A stretch of 64,000 nt of DNA, from positions 62,001 to 126,000 of the forward strand of contig OZ251250.1 in assembly GCA_965240325.2 (NCBI GenBank), read 5' to 3'. The translations under genes were made by a program, and so were the position numbers. The notes below the pieces were generated by a model. That model had not been told where the DNA came from, did not search any database, and saw only the letters and a list, made by a program, of their open reading frames with translations. Positions 24,590 through 34,780 of the stretch are shown one piece after another (the first letter of the stretch is position 1; every line of letters starts with the position of its first letter). The DNA comes from Rebecca billardiae RCC1528. Taxonomy: Eukaryota; Protista; Haptophyta.

Positions 24590-24856
24590 GCGTCGTCGAC
24601 GACGTACGCGCGTGAGCTAGTCGCAAGCGGGGCCGGCGGAGGGCGGCGACGGTTGGTCATGGATCCGTTGGTCATCCGCTTACCCCCATACCGTCAGTAC
24701 GTACTCCGTAGCTACCGCGATGTACAGTTTACTGTACAGCGCTCTAGCCGTAGATCGAGCGTCAGCAGGTTCGAGTCGTTGGCGATGATGCGCTGATGAT
24801 GACGATGGCCGTCGGACCGCGCCGGCCGCCAGGCGGCCCACCCACCGCCCAGGGCC

Positions 24857-25817
24857 GGCTCCAGCCACAGTCAGGGACGTCCACTGACCCTATGGGGGGG
24901 GTGCATTTAGTCGAACCCCTGGGAGCCAGGGAACGATGAGGGTACCAATCGAAAGATCTCCGGGGCGGCGGACGAAGTAACGTAGTCCTCATCGAAGTAA
25001 TCGACGTCTTCTCACGCCTCGACGTGTTCGAAGGCCTCGTCACGTCGAACACGGAGGACTCCATCGTGCTGAACTTTTTCCCGGACTCCAACGGTGAGCT
25101 GCGGCCATGTCGGGTGTCGCAGCCGCGCCCGGCGCGCGGAGACGTCAGCTGGCCAAGCAGATAGAGTACCATCCGATGACGACGGGCTCGCTGACGCGCT
25201 CGCGTGGGTGGGACAATGCGCGTGCATCTCCCAACGAGCGCAGGTACACGGTGACCCTGGCTTGCCCTGGCCATACGGATTGCCGTTGCCCGAAGCACGT
25301 CATGGTTGCCGCCACTGGGAGTCGCCGCCGGGCGAGAAGCTGCGCGTCAACTCGAGCGAGCTGCGCGCTGTCGGCGTCGAGCTGCTCGCGCCCCGGGCCG
25401 TGCCGTCAGCTCGCGGAGGCGCGGGCGTGCGCACGAGCTCGCGCTTGGCTGACGGCTCAGCGAGTTCGCGAGCGCGCCGAGGTGCGGCGGCCGCGGCGGC
25501 GGTCAATGCGTCGCTCGATCCAGCACTACGCTACGTCTTGACTAGCGAGGGAGACGCCGAGATCAGGGCTTTGTGCGAGGCGTCGCATGGTCGTCGCGAG
25601 GCGGCGCACAGCTGACGCTGTCAATCGACGCCGCTGCACGGCTCCGGCCCTCAGGCTCAGCGCAGCATTTGCGGCAGTCTGCGCCCATGCAAATCTGGCG
25701 AGTTGGGCCCCTATTGAGGCGTATTTGGTCCTTCGATGGGCTGGGGGGAGCCCCCCCCAGACCCCCCCAAATGGTTAAATGCACCCCTGCTGGACGTCCC
25801 GGACAGTGACCAGAGCC
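24857..25817. mobile_element. Non-autonomous TIR DNA transposon (961 bp) with GGCC target duplication
   Basis: Imperfect TIRs GGCTCCAGCCACAGTCAGGGACGTCCA..GGGGTGCATTTA / TAAATGCACCCC..TGGACGTCCCGGACAGTGACCAGAGCC; GGCC on both sides; absent from the paralogous spacers at about 21720, 28740, 38170 and 49170. Confidence 0.85.
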
Positions 25818-25948
25818 GGCCAGGCGCCAGCCTTGAGCCTGGGCGGCGGCACCGTGCGGGCACCTGCTGAGGACGGCCCGTGCCATCAACGGCTGCGCCG
25901 GCTGTCACCACCGCGCATTGTCTCTGCAGCGGAGCAGTGGGGCGCGCG

Positions 25949-27817
25949 TCAGCAGCCGACACGCGCACGCCACGCCGTCTCCACGAGCACGGGCGTGCCA
26001 ACCTGCTGGGTGGGCTCGTCTTGCTCGGCCTCGCTCGTGCCGAGGCCGAGCGCAGCCGACCGCCTGCCGCACACGTACACGCTGCCGTCCGCACTCACAA
26101 ACAGCGAGTGGGAGTAGCCCATGGCACAGTGCGCCACGCGCGCGTGCGCGAGGGCACCCACGCGCGACGGGGCCCTACGTCCAATCTCTCCAACCTCTCC
26201 GTGCCCCAGTCCGAGCTGGCAGTTGCGGATGTCTCCAAACGTGTGCACGCTGCCGTCCGCGCCCAGCACCGCGCTGCCGCTGCCGCCCGCACACGCGCGC
26301 ACGATGCGCACACCCGCAAGGGCGTCAAGCCGCCTCGGCGTGAGTTGCGAGCGCGTGTCTCCATGCCCGAGCGCACCAAACTTGCCAAGCCCAAACGAGT
26401 GCACGCGGCCGGTAGCGTCCACCACCAGGCTGTGCTCATGGCCTGCGCTCACGTGCACGGCGCACACGCCAGCAAGCGCCTCGATGCGCCTCGGCGTGTG
26501 CTGCTCCTGCTGGTCGCCGTGGCCGAGCTGGCCAAAGTAGCCGTGGCCACACGAGTACACGGCGCCCTGCGACGAGAGTAGCAACGCGTGCGCTTCACCC
26601 GCGGCGACGCCACCCACGCGCACGCCACTCAGCGCCTCGATGCGCGTGGGCACCAGCCGCTCCTCCGTGTCGCCGTGGCCGAGCCGGCCATTGCCGTTGA
26701 AGCCCCAGCTGTACGCGCAGCCCGCGGCAGTGAGCGCGAGGCTGTGCTCGGTGCCTGCCGCGATGCACACGACGGGCTCACTCGCGGGTAGCCCGACGAG
26801 AGCGAATGCGCGTTGCTCGTCCTTGTCGCCCAGCCCCAGTTGGCCGTACCCGTTGTCGCCGCAGCCGTACACGGCGCCGGCCTCGCTCAGCGCAAGCAGG
26901 TGGTAGCCGCCAGCGGCGACGGCGACCACGCGCACCGCGGAGAGCGAGGCGACGCGCGTCGGCACGTATACTGGCGGCACCTGACGCCCGTGAGCGATAG
27001 CAAGCGGCGCAAAGTGCCCGGGGGCCACCTCCTCGTCCTCGTCGTCGCTCGCCTGCTCGTCATCCTCCTCCTCCTCCTCCTCCACCTCGCCACACGTGTG
27101 CAGCCCGCCCTCCGCGTCCACAAACGCGCTGAAGTTGTCGCCAAGCGCGGCGCCACACGCGGCGACGCACGCGTGCCGCGCGCTCATCTCCAGCACGCGC
27201 TCGCGCTCGAGCAGCTCGGCCGTCCACGTGCGCGGCAGCGTCGGCAGCGCGCGCTCGTGCCCGCGCGCGCGCACGCGCTCGCGCAGCGCGTGCTCGACGG
27301 CCGAGCCGCGGCCTGGCGCGCCGCGGAAGAGGCGTGACGCGGCGTTGACCGCGGCGAGATCGCGAGCGCTGCCGAGATGAACGAGCACGCGCACGATCAG
27401 GTCAAAGGGCAGCGCGGCCAAGGCAGGCCCCGACGCCTCCAGCGCAGCTGCGCTGCCGCGGCGCCCCCCATCCCGCCCCGCGCCGCCCGAGGGCCGCGCG
27501 AGCGTGACGGGGCCCGCTGCGACAGCCACGTGGCGCGACGCGCCGAGCCGGCGCAAGCCAGCGTACATCGTCGTCGCAGACGACGCCTGCGTGGTGCGCC
27601 CGCAGCCGGCGCGGCCGCAGCGCACGGCACAACACTCGGACGCGAGCGCGCGCTCGAAGAGGCACACGTTGTGCGCGACGTGCTCCGCGCCGCACGCGAG
27701 CTGCGCCCACGGCTGCAAGCCGATGCGCTCGCCGCACAGGACACACGTGCAGTCGTCGGGCGTCGGGCTCGGCGCCGAGGGCGCCTCGTCGTCGTGCGCA
27801 CCGGGCGTGCGCTCCAT
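25949..27817 (-). CDS. RING-H2-like/F-box-like/RCC1-repeat protein, copy 6 (type C)
   Basis: 622 aa: CVLC..LACGAEHVAHNVC..RCGRAGC, LAALPFDLIVRVLVHLGSARDLA, acidic linker, RCC1 repeats. Confidence 0.9.
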   Translation of the reverse strand: MERTPGAHDDEAPSAPSPTPDDCTCVLCGERIGLQPWAQLACGAEHVAHNVCLFERALASECCAVRCGRAGCGRTTQASSATTMYAGLRRLGASRHVAVAAGPVTLARPSGGAGRDGGRRGSAAALEASGPALAALPFDLIVRVLVHLGSARDLAAVNAASRLFRGAPGRGSAVEHALRERVRARGHERALPTLPRTWTAELLERERVLEMSARHACVAACGAALGDNFSAFVDAEGGLHTCGEVEEEEEEDDEQASDDEDEEVAPGHFAPLAIAHGRQVPPVYVPTRVASLSAVRVVAVAAGGYHLLALSEAGAVYGCGDNGYGQLGLGDKDEQRAFALVGLPASEPVVCIAAGTEHSLALTAAGCAYSWGFNGNGRLGHGDTEERLVPTRIEALSGVRVGGVAAGEAHALLLSSQGAVYSCGHGYFGQLGHGDQQEQHTPRRIEALAGVCAVHVSAGHEHSLVVDATGRVHSFGLGKFGALGHGDTRSQLTPRRLDALAGVRIVRACAGGSGSAVLGADGSVHTFGDIRNCQLGLGHGEVGEIGRRAPSRVGALAHARVAHCAMGYSHSLFVSADGSVYVCGRRSAALGLGTSEAEQDEPTQQVGTPVLVETAWRARVGC

Positions 27818-27936
27818 GCGTCGTCGACGACGTACGCGCGTGAGCTACTGCTCGCAAATGTGGGGCCGGCGCGAGCTCGGCGGAGGGCGGCGACGGTTGG
27901 TCACGGATCCGTTATTTATTGGTCATCCGCTTACTA

Positions 27937-28541
27937 TGGAGCGCTCGTTGGAACTTGGCGGGGCTTGGAACTTGACACCGCATTTCCCAGCGAAGTGCCC
28001 CATCTCGGCGGGGCTGGCACGCTCGGCACACGCTCCTGAGCGCTCGCTTCGCGGTGCGGCAGGCCTTGGGCAGCCCAGACAGACATGCCGCGACCGAATT
28101 ACCGGGCCATGCGCGCACCACACCCGCGCTACATGGCCTACGCGCTGGACGACTGAGAGGCAACGCCGAACCACTGCATTCCACTGCCCCGCATGCACCC
28201 CGAGTCACCTTCAGAGGGCGTCGACGAGCGCAGAGCGGGTGCGTGGGAGTTCGACCAACTCGTGTACCTTCTTGTAAGCACCAGCGGCGAGGTCGCAAGC
28301 CGAACCTTGACCAGCCGTGGAACTTGAGCTGGTCGGCAGCAAAACCACCGTTCAACCCGGATCAAGTTAGCAGCGTGCGAGGAGGAGGCGCGGTGCGCGT
28401 CCGCGGCTGGCGAGAGGCGTCCGGACCGTGCCGTTCTCGGCCGCGCCCGCGCGCTTCCCGCCGCCGCGGGCCCCGTGTACGCCCGTCGTCGCCCTCGCCG
28501 CGCGGGCGCCAAACCGGCGTCAAGTTCCAACGAGCGCTCCA
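27937..28541. mobile_element. MITE (605 bp), TA-flanked (Tc1/mariner-like)
   Basis: Perfect 21-bp TIR TGGAGCGCTCGTTGGAACTTG / CAAGTTCCAACGAGCGCTCCA, TA on both sides; empty site ATCCGCTTACCCCCATCAATC at about 49011-49031. Confidence 0.88.
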
Positions 28542-28870
28542 TACCCCCATCAATCAAGCGTCAGTACTCAGTTTAATCTCGCCTGCCTGAGCTGTGTGCG
28601 TCTCTTATTCTTAGTAAACTGTACAGCGCTCTGCTAGCCGCAGATCGAGCAGCAGGTTCGAGTCGTAGGCGATGTTGCGCTGGTGCTGACGATGGCCGTC
28701 GGACCGCGCCAGCCGCCAGGCGGCCCACCCACCGCCCAGGGCCAGGCGCCAGCCTTGAGCCTGCGCGGCGGCACCGTGCGGGCACCTGCTGATGACGGCC
28801 CGTGCCATCAACGGCTGCGCCGGCTGTCACCACCGCACATTGTCTCTGCAGCGGAGCAGTGGGGGGCGCG

Positions 28871-29770
28871 TCAGCAGCGGCCCAAGCCGCACGAGTAGAC
28901 GGCGCCGTATACATCAAGGAGTAACGTGTGCAAACCACCCGCGGAGACGCCACCCACGCGCACGCCACGAAGCGCCTCGATGCGCGCCGGCTTCCACCGC
29001 TGCTTCTTGTCGCCGTGGCCGAGCTGGCCATCGAAGTTGAAGCCCCAGCTGTACGCGCAGCCCGCGGCGGTGAGCGCGAGGCTGTGCACGTTGGCTGCAG
29101 CTATGCACACGACGGGCTCACGTGCGGGGAGCCCGACGAGAGTGAATGAGCGTTGCTCCTCCGTGTGGCCCAGCCCCAGCTCGCCGTGGTCGTTGTAGCC
29201 GCAGCCGTACACGGCGCCGGCCTCGCTCAGCGCGAGCAGGTGGTCACTGCCAGCGGCGACGGCGACCACGCGCACCGCGCTGAGGGAGGCGACGCGCGTC
29301 GGCACGCACACTGCCGGCAGGGCCAAGTGGCCGGTTGCCACGTGCGTTCGATACTCGCCCGTCGGCTCCCCGGTGTCCTCGTCCCGCACCGCCTGCTCGC
29401 CGCACGTGTGCAGCCCGCCCTCCGCGTCCACAAACGCGCTGAAGCCAGCGTCGGCCGCCACGGGAGGCGAGTGTGCGCATGCGAGCTCGAGCACCCACTC
29501 GCGAACGAGCAGTTCCGCCGTCCACGTGCGCACGCCGGAGGGCAGCGACGTCGGCAGCGCGCGCTCGTGCCCGCGCGCGCGCGCGCGCTCGCGCAGCGCG
29601 CGCTCGACCGCCGAGCACCCGCCGGGCGGCGCGGCGTGGAAGAGGCGCGCGGTGGCGTTCAGGCTGGCGAGGTCGCGCGGCGGAAGGAAGACGAGTATGC
29701 GGTCGAGCACCTCGCGCGGCACGTCGTCGAGCGCGAGGCGACGCGCGTGCGCCTGTGCCGTGCTGGCCAT
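28871..29770 (-). CDS. F-box-like/RCC1 copy 7 (type A) with in-frame internal deletion of the C-terminal repeats
   Basis: Nearly identical to copy 4 up to YSCGLGR, then jumps directly to the terminal C-stop and the normal 3' flank. Confidence 0.8.
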   Translation of the reverse strand: MASTAQAHARRLALDDVPREVLDRILVFLPPRDLASLNATARLFHAAPPGGCSAVERALRERARARGHERALPTSLPSGVRTWTAELLVREWVLELACAHSPPVAADAGFSAFVDAEGGLHTCGEQAVRDEDTGEPTGEYRTHVATGHLALPAVCVPTRVASLSAVRVVAVAAGSDHLLALSEAGAVYGCGYNDHGELGLGHTEEQRSFTLVGLPAREPVVCIAAANVHSLALTAAGCAYSWGFNFDGQLGHGDKKQRWKPARIEALRGVRVGGVSAGGLHTLLLDVYGAVYSCGLGRC

Positions 29771-30814
29771 CGCTCCCGCCGGCGCCGCGCATTGTCGGTG
29801 CGGTCGGTGAGCAAGCGCTGTCGCCGCGCACTGTGGCATGACTGGCATCCACTGTCCGTTGCCTGAGCTGCCCGGACTGTCAGACGTCAGTCACAGGCGG
29901 GCGGCCCGGACCCGGCAGGAATCTGAGACTCTGTCGAGCCCGATTGGTGCGACGCTCAGTGCGAAGCCGAGTGGGCACGTACGCACTTACAAACTCAGAT
30001 TCGAGGCGATGCGCTGCTGGCCGTCCGACCGCCAGGCGCCAGCCAGCCTCCGGCGGCACCGTGGGCCGGTGGCGGCCCGCGCAGGGGGCCGCCCCGCGCC
30101 TCGGGCTGCCGTGCCACACACTTACAACTGCTGAAGTTGCGCGTCGAACGGTGCGAATGAAGACTGTACCTGGGCTGTGTGCGTCTCATCGATCGTACTC
30201 TGTTCATCACCACACCTGTCGCACGTGCGACGGCGCACGCGCTTGCGGCACCACTGCTCGACCGTCCACGCGGCGGCGGCGACCCGCTCCGTCGTCTCCG
30301 CATCGACGCTGCCGCCGGCGGCAGTGGCTTCGCGTCCAACGCCACCGCCCTCACCGCGGGCCAACCGCCACCGCCGCGCGGACGACGGCCGCGCGCGCCG
30401 CACGGCCGCCATCATGGGCGTCTCGGCGGGCGTCTCGGCGGCGGCCGGGCCGCCGCCGCCGCCGCGTGCCGCCGTGCCGTTGCGCAGCAGCAGCGCGGCG
30501 AGGAGGCGCGTGAGCAGCGCGTCGGGCGGAGCGGGCCTCGGCCCCTGCGGCCTGCCGCCACGCCCCGCCGCGCCGAGCACCCACTCCCTAGACACCGGCA
30601 CGCCGGCCTGCGCCTGGGACGCAGACGCGGCGGATGACGAGCAGAGCACACTCGAGTAACCAGGCGATGCGCTGCTGGCCGTCCGACCGCCAGGCGCCAG
30701 CCAGCCTGGGCGGCGGCACCGTGGGCCGGTGGCGGCCCGCGCCCGGCTGCTGCGTCCGCTGCCACCACCGCCCACGGCTGCAACGGAGCAGCGAGGCGTC
30801 GGCAGAGGCGCGCA

Positions 30815-32675
30815 TCAGCAGACACGGGCACACCACGCCGTCCCGATGCACGCGGGCGCGTCCACCAGCTGGGTGGGCTCGTCTTGCTCGGCCTCGCTCA
30901 TGCCGAGGCCGAGCGCAGCCGACCGCTTGCCGCACGCGTACACGCTGCCGTCCGCACTCACAAACAGCGAGTGGGCGTGGCCCATGGCACAGTGCACCAC
31001 GCGTGCGTGGGCGAGGGCACCCACGCGCGTGGGAGCCTCGACGACCGCAACTCCGTGTCCCAGCCCGAGCTGGCCGTACTCGTTGTTCCCGAACGTGTGC
31101 ACGCTGCCGTCCGCGCCCAGCACCGCGCTGCCGCTGCCGCCCGCACACGCGCGCACGATGCGCACACCCGCAAGGGCGTCAAGCCGCCTCGGCGTGAGTT
31201 GCGGGCGCGTGTCGCCATGCCCGAGCCTGCCACCCCCGCCATACCCAAACGAGTACACCACCCCCTCGGTGTCCACCACCAGGCTGTGCGCACCGCCCGC
31301 ACTCACCTGCACGGCGCGCACGCCCGCGAGCGCCTCGATGCGCCTCGGCGTGTGCTGCTCCTGCTGGTCGCAGTGGCCGAGCTGGCCAAAGTAGCCGTGG
31401 CCACACGAGTACACGGCGCCCTGCGACGAGAGTAGCAACGCGTGCGATTCACCCGCGGCGACGCCACCCACGCGCACGCCACTTAGCGCCTCGATGCGCG
31501 TGGGCACCAGCCGCTCCTCCGTGTCGCCGTGGCCGAGCCGGCCATTGCCGTTGAAGCCCCAGCTGTACGCGCAGCCCGCGGCAGTGAGCGCGAGGCTGTG
31601 CTCGGTGCCTGCCGCGATGCACACGGCGGGCTCACTCGCGGGTAGCCCGACGAGAGCGAATGCGCGTTGCTCGTCCTTGTCGCCCAGCCCCAGTTGGCCG
31701 TACCCGTTGTCGCCGCAGCCGTACACGGCGCCGGCCTCGCTCAGCGCGAGCAGGTGGAACTGCCCAGCGGCGACGGCGACCACGCGCACCGCGCTGAGGG
31801 AGGCGACGCGCGTCGGCACGTATACTGGCGGCACCTGACGCCCGTGAGCGATAGCAAGCGGCGCAAAGTGCCCAGAAACCACCTCCTCGTCCTCGTCGTC
31901 GCTCGCCTGCTCGTCATCCTCGTCCTCGTCCTCCTCCACCTCGCCACACGTGTGCAGCCCGCCCTCCGCGTCCACAAACGCGCTGAAGTCGTCGCCAAGC
32001 GCGGCGCCACACGCGGCGACGCACGCGTGCCGCGCACTCATCTCCAGCACGCGCTCGCGCTCGAGCAGCTCGGCCGTCCACGTGCGCGGCAGCGTCGGCA
32101 GCGCACGCTCGTGCCCGCGCGCGCGCGCGCACGCGCTCGCGCAGCGCGTGCTCGACAGCCGAGCCGCGGCCTGGCGCGCCGCGGAAGAGGCGTGACGCGG
32201 CGTTGGCCGCGGCGAGATCGCGAGCGCTGCCGAGATGAACGAGCACGCGCACGATCAGGTCAAAGGGCAGCGCGGCCAAAGCAGGTCCCGACGCCTCCAG
32301 CGCGGCTGCGCTGCCGCGGCGCGCCCCATCCCGCCCCGCGCCGCCCGAGGGCCGCGCGAGCGTGACGGGGCCCGCTGCGACAGCCACGTGGCGCGACGCG
32401 CCGAGCCGGCGCACGCCAGCGTACATCGTCGTCGCACACGACGCCTGTGTGGTGCGCCCGCAGCCGGCGCGGCCGCAGCGCACGGCACAGCACTCGGACG
32501 CGAGCGCGCGCTCGAAGAGGCACACGTTGTGCGCGACGTGCTCCGCGCCGCACGCGAGCTGCGCCCACGGCTGCGAGCCGATGCGCTCGCCACACAGGAC
32601 ACAGGTGCAGTCGTCGGGCGTCGGGCTCGGCGCTGAGGGCGTCTCGTCGTCGTGCGCACCCGGCGTGCGCGCCAT
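30815..32675 (-). pseudogene. RING/F-box-like/RCC1 copy 8 (type C), +4 frameshift in a (CG)n tract
   Basis: Split into ORFs 31914-32714 and 30815-32050; the CG tract at 32116-32130 is 15 nt versus 11 nt in copy 6; otherwise intact. Confidence 0.8.
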
Positions 32676-32783
32676 GCGTCGTCGACGACGTACGCGCGCG
32701 TGAGCTAGTCGCAAGCGGGGCCGGCGGAGGGCGGCGACGGTTGGTCATGGATCCGTTGGTCATCGGCTTTACCCCCATACCGT

Positions 32784-32790
32784 AGTAGTA

Positions 32791-32840
<50 letters not shown>

Positions 32841-32911
32841 ATATATATATATATATTATAATATATATATATATTATAATATATATATATATATAATATA
32901 TATATATACTA
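32784..32911. repeat. (AT)n insert flanked by a 7-bp direct repeat ATACCGT
   Basis: ATACCGT at 32777-32783 and 32912-32918; the paralogous spacer at about 24685 has one copy and no AT tract. Confidence 0.9.
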
Positions 32912-33226
32912 ATACCGTCAGTCGTACGTACTCCGTAGCTACCGCGATGTACAGTTTACTGTACAGCGCTCTAGCCGCAGATCGAGCGTCAGCAGGTTCG
33001 AGTCGTTGGCGATGATGCGCTGATGATGATATGATGATGGCGCGCAGTCAGACCGCGCCAGCCGCCAGGCGGCCCACCCACCGCCCAGGGCCACCGGCCA
33101 GGCGCCAGCCTTGAGCCTGGGCGGCGGCACCGTGCGGGCACCTGCTGAGGACGGCCCGTGCCATCAACGGCTGCGCCGGCTGTCACCACCGCGCATTGTC
33201 TCTGCAGCGGAGCAGTGGGGCGCGCG

Positions 33227-34723
33227 TCAGCAGCAGACACGCGCACGCCACGCCGTCCCGATGCACGCGGGCGTGCCAATCCGCTGGGTGGGCTCGCCTT
33301 GCTCGGCCTCGCTCATGCCGAGGCCGAGCGCGGCCGACTGCAAGCCGCACGCGTACACGCTGCCGTCCGCACTCACAAACAGCGAGTGGTGGTCACACAT
33401 GGCACAGCGCACCACGCCCGCGTGGGCGAGGGCGCCAACACGCGTGGGCAGCGACAACTCGCCAGCGTCATCGTGCCCGAGCTGGCCATCGCGGCTGTCC
33501 CCAAACGTGTGCACGCTGCCGTCCGCGCCCAGCACCGCGCTGCCGTTGCCGCCCGCACACGCGCGCACGATGCGCACACCCGCGAGGGCGTCAAGCCGCC
33601 TCGGCGCGAGCTGATCGCGCGTGTCTCCATGCCCGAGCGAGCCAAAGTTACCATACCCAAACGAGTGCACCGTCCCCTCGCTGTCCACCACCAGGCTGTG
33701 GCCACCGCCCGCGCTCACGTGCGCGGCGCGCACGCCCGCGAGCGCCTCGATGCGCCTCGGCGTGTGCTGATCCTGCCCGTCGCCGTGGCCGAGCTGGCCG
33801 AAGTGGCCAAGGCCACACGAGTAGACGGCGCCCTGCGTCGAGAGAAGCAGCGTGTGAACACGACCCGCGGCTATCCCGCCCACGCGCACGCCGTCCAGCG
33901 CCTTGATGCGCGCCGGCTTCCACCGGTCCTCCCTGTCGCCGCGGCCGAGCTGGCCGAACAAGTTGTCGCCCCAGCTGTACGCGCAGCCCGCGGCGGTGAG
34001 CGCGAGGCTGTGCGCATAGCCTGCAGCGATGCACACGACGGGCTCACGTGCGGGGAGCCCGACGAGAGCGAACACGCGTTGCTGCTCCGTGTGGCCCACC
34101 CCCAGCTCGCCGTGGTCGTTGTAGCCGCAGCCGTACACGGCGCCAGCGTCGCTCAGCACGAGCAGGTGGTAGTAGCCGGCGGCCACAGAGCACACGTGCA
34201 CCGTGCTGAGGGAGGCGACGCGCGTTGGCACGCGCACTGCCGGCATACCCGAGTGGCCGGTTGCCACATGCGCTCGATACTCACCCGTCGGCTCCCCGCC
34301 CTCGTCCTCGTCGTCGCTCTCCGGCTCCGACTGATCAGGCACCTCCTGCTCGCCGCACGTGTGCAGCCCGCCCTCCGCGTCCACAAACGCGCTGAAGACG
34401 TTGCCTGCCGAGACCGGGGACGCATGCGCGCTGCCAAGCTCGAGGACGCGCTCGCGCACGAACAGCTCCTCCGTCCATGTGCGCACGTCGCAGGGCAGCG
34501 TCGTCGGCAGCGCGCGATCGTGACCGCGCGCGCGCGTGCGCTCGCGCAGCGCGCGCTCGACCGCCGAGCACCCGCCTGGCGGCGCGGCGTGGAAGAGGCG
34601 CGCGGTGGCGTTCAGGCTGGCGAGGTCACGCGGCGGCAGGAGTGGGGCGATGCGGTCGAGCACCTCACGTGGCAGGTCGTCGAGCACGAGGCGACGCGCG
34701 TGCGCCTGTGCCGTGCTGGGCAT
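33227..34723 (-). CDS. F-box-like/RCC1-repeat protein, copy 9 (type A)
   Basis: MPSTAQAHARRLVLDDLPREVLDRI; RCC1 repeats; ends WRARVCC*. The ORF-track extension upstream runs into an inserted element. Confidence 0.9.
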   Translation of the reverse strand: MPSTAQAHARRLVLDDLPREVLDRIAPLLPPRDLASLNATARLFHAAPPGGCSAVERALRERTRARGHDRALPTTLPCDVRTWTEELFVRERVLELGSAHASPVSAGNVFSAFVDAEGGLHTCGEQEVPDQSEPESDDEDEGGEPTGEYRAHVATGHSGMPAVRVPTRVASLSTVHVCSVAAGYYHLLVLSDAGAVYGCGYNDHGELGVGHTEQQRVFALVGLPAREPVVCIAAGYAHSLALTAAGCAYSWGDNLFGQLGRGDREDRWKPARIKALDGVRVGGIAAGRVHTLLLSTQGAVYSCGLGHFGQLGHGDGQDQHTPRRIEALAGVRAAHVSAGGGHSLVVDSEGTVHSFGYGNFGSLGHGDTRDQLAPRRLDALAGVRIVRACAGGNGSAVLGADGSVHTFGDSRDGQLGHDDAGELSLPTRVGALAHAGVVRCAMCDHHSLFVSADGSVYACGLQSAALGLGMSEAEQGEPTQRIGTPACIGTAWRARVCC

Positions 34724-34780
34724 CGCTCCCGCCGGCGCCGCGCAGTCGGTGCGGTCGCTCGGTGAGCACTGAGCTGAGAG

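Noticed and set aside
24930-25615. Transposase inside the GGCC element (YTVTLACPGHTDCRCPKH)
   Set aside because: Frameshifted fragments only; possibly a zinc-finger relic, but no DDE motif can be supported.
25880-25960. Selenocysteine read-through of the Cys-TGA ends with a SECIS in the conserved 3' flank
   Set aside because: No convincing SECIS core seen; flank conservation is explained by recent duplication; two unrelated flank types exist.
33158-34765. Long antisense or alternate-frame ORFs over the RCC1, RAD54 and 60-63 kb genes
   Set aside because: Shadow ORFs typical of high-GC coding DNA; Arg/Ala/Pro-rich with no motifs.
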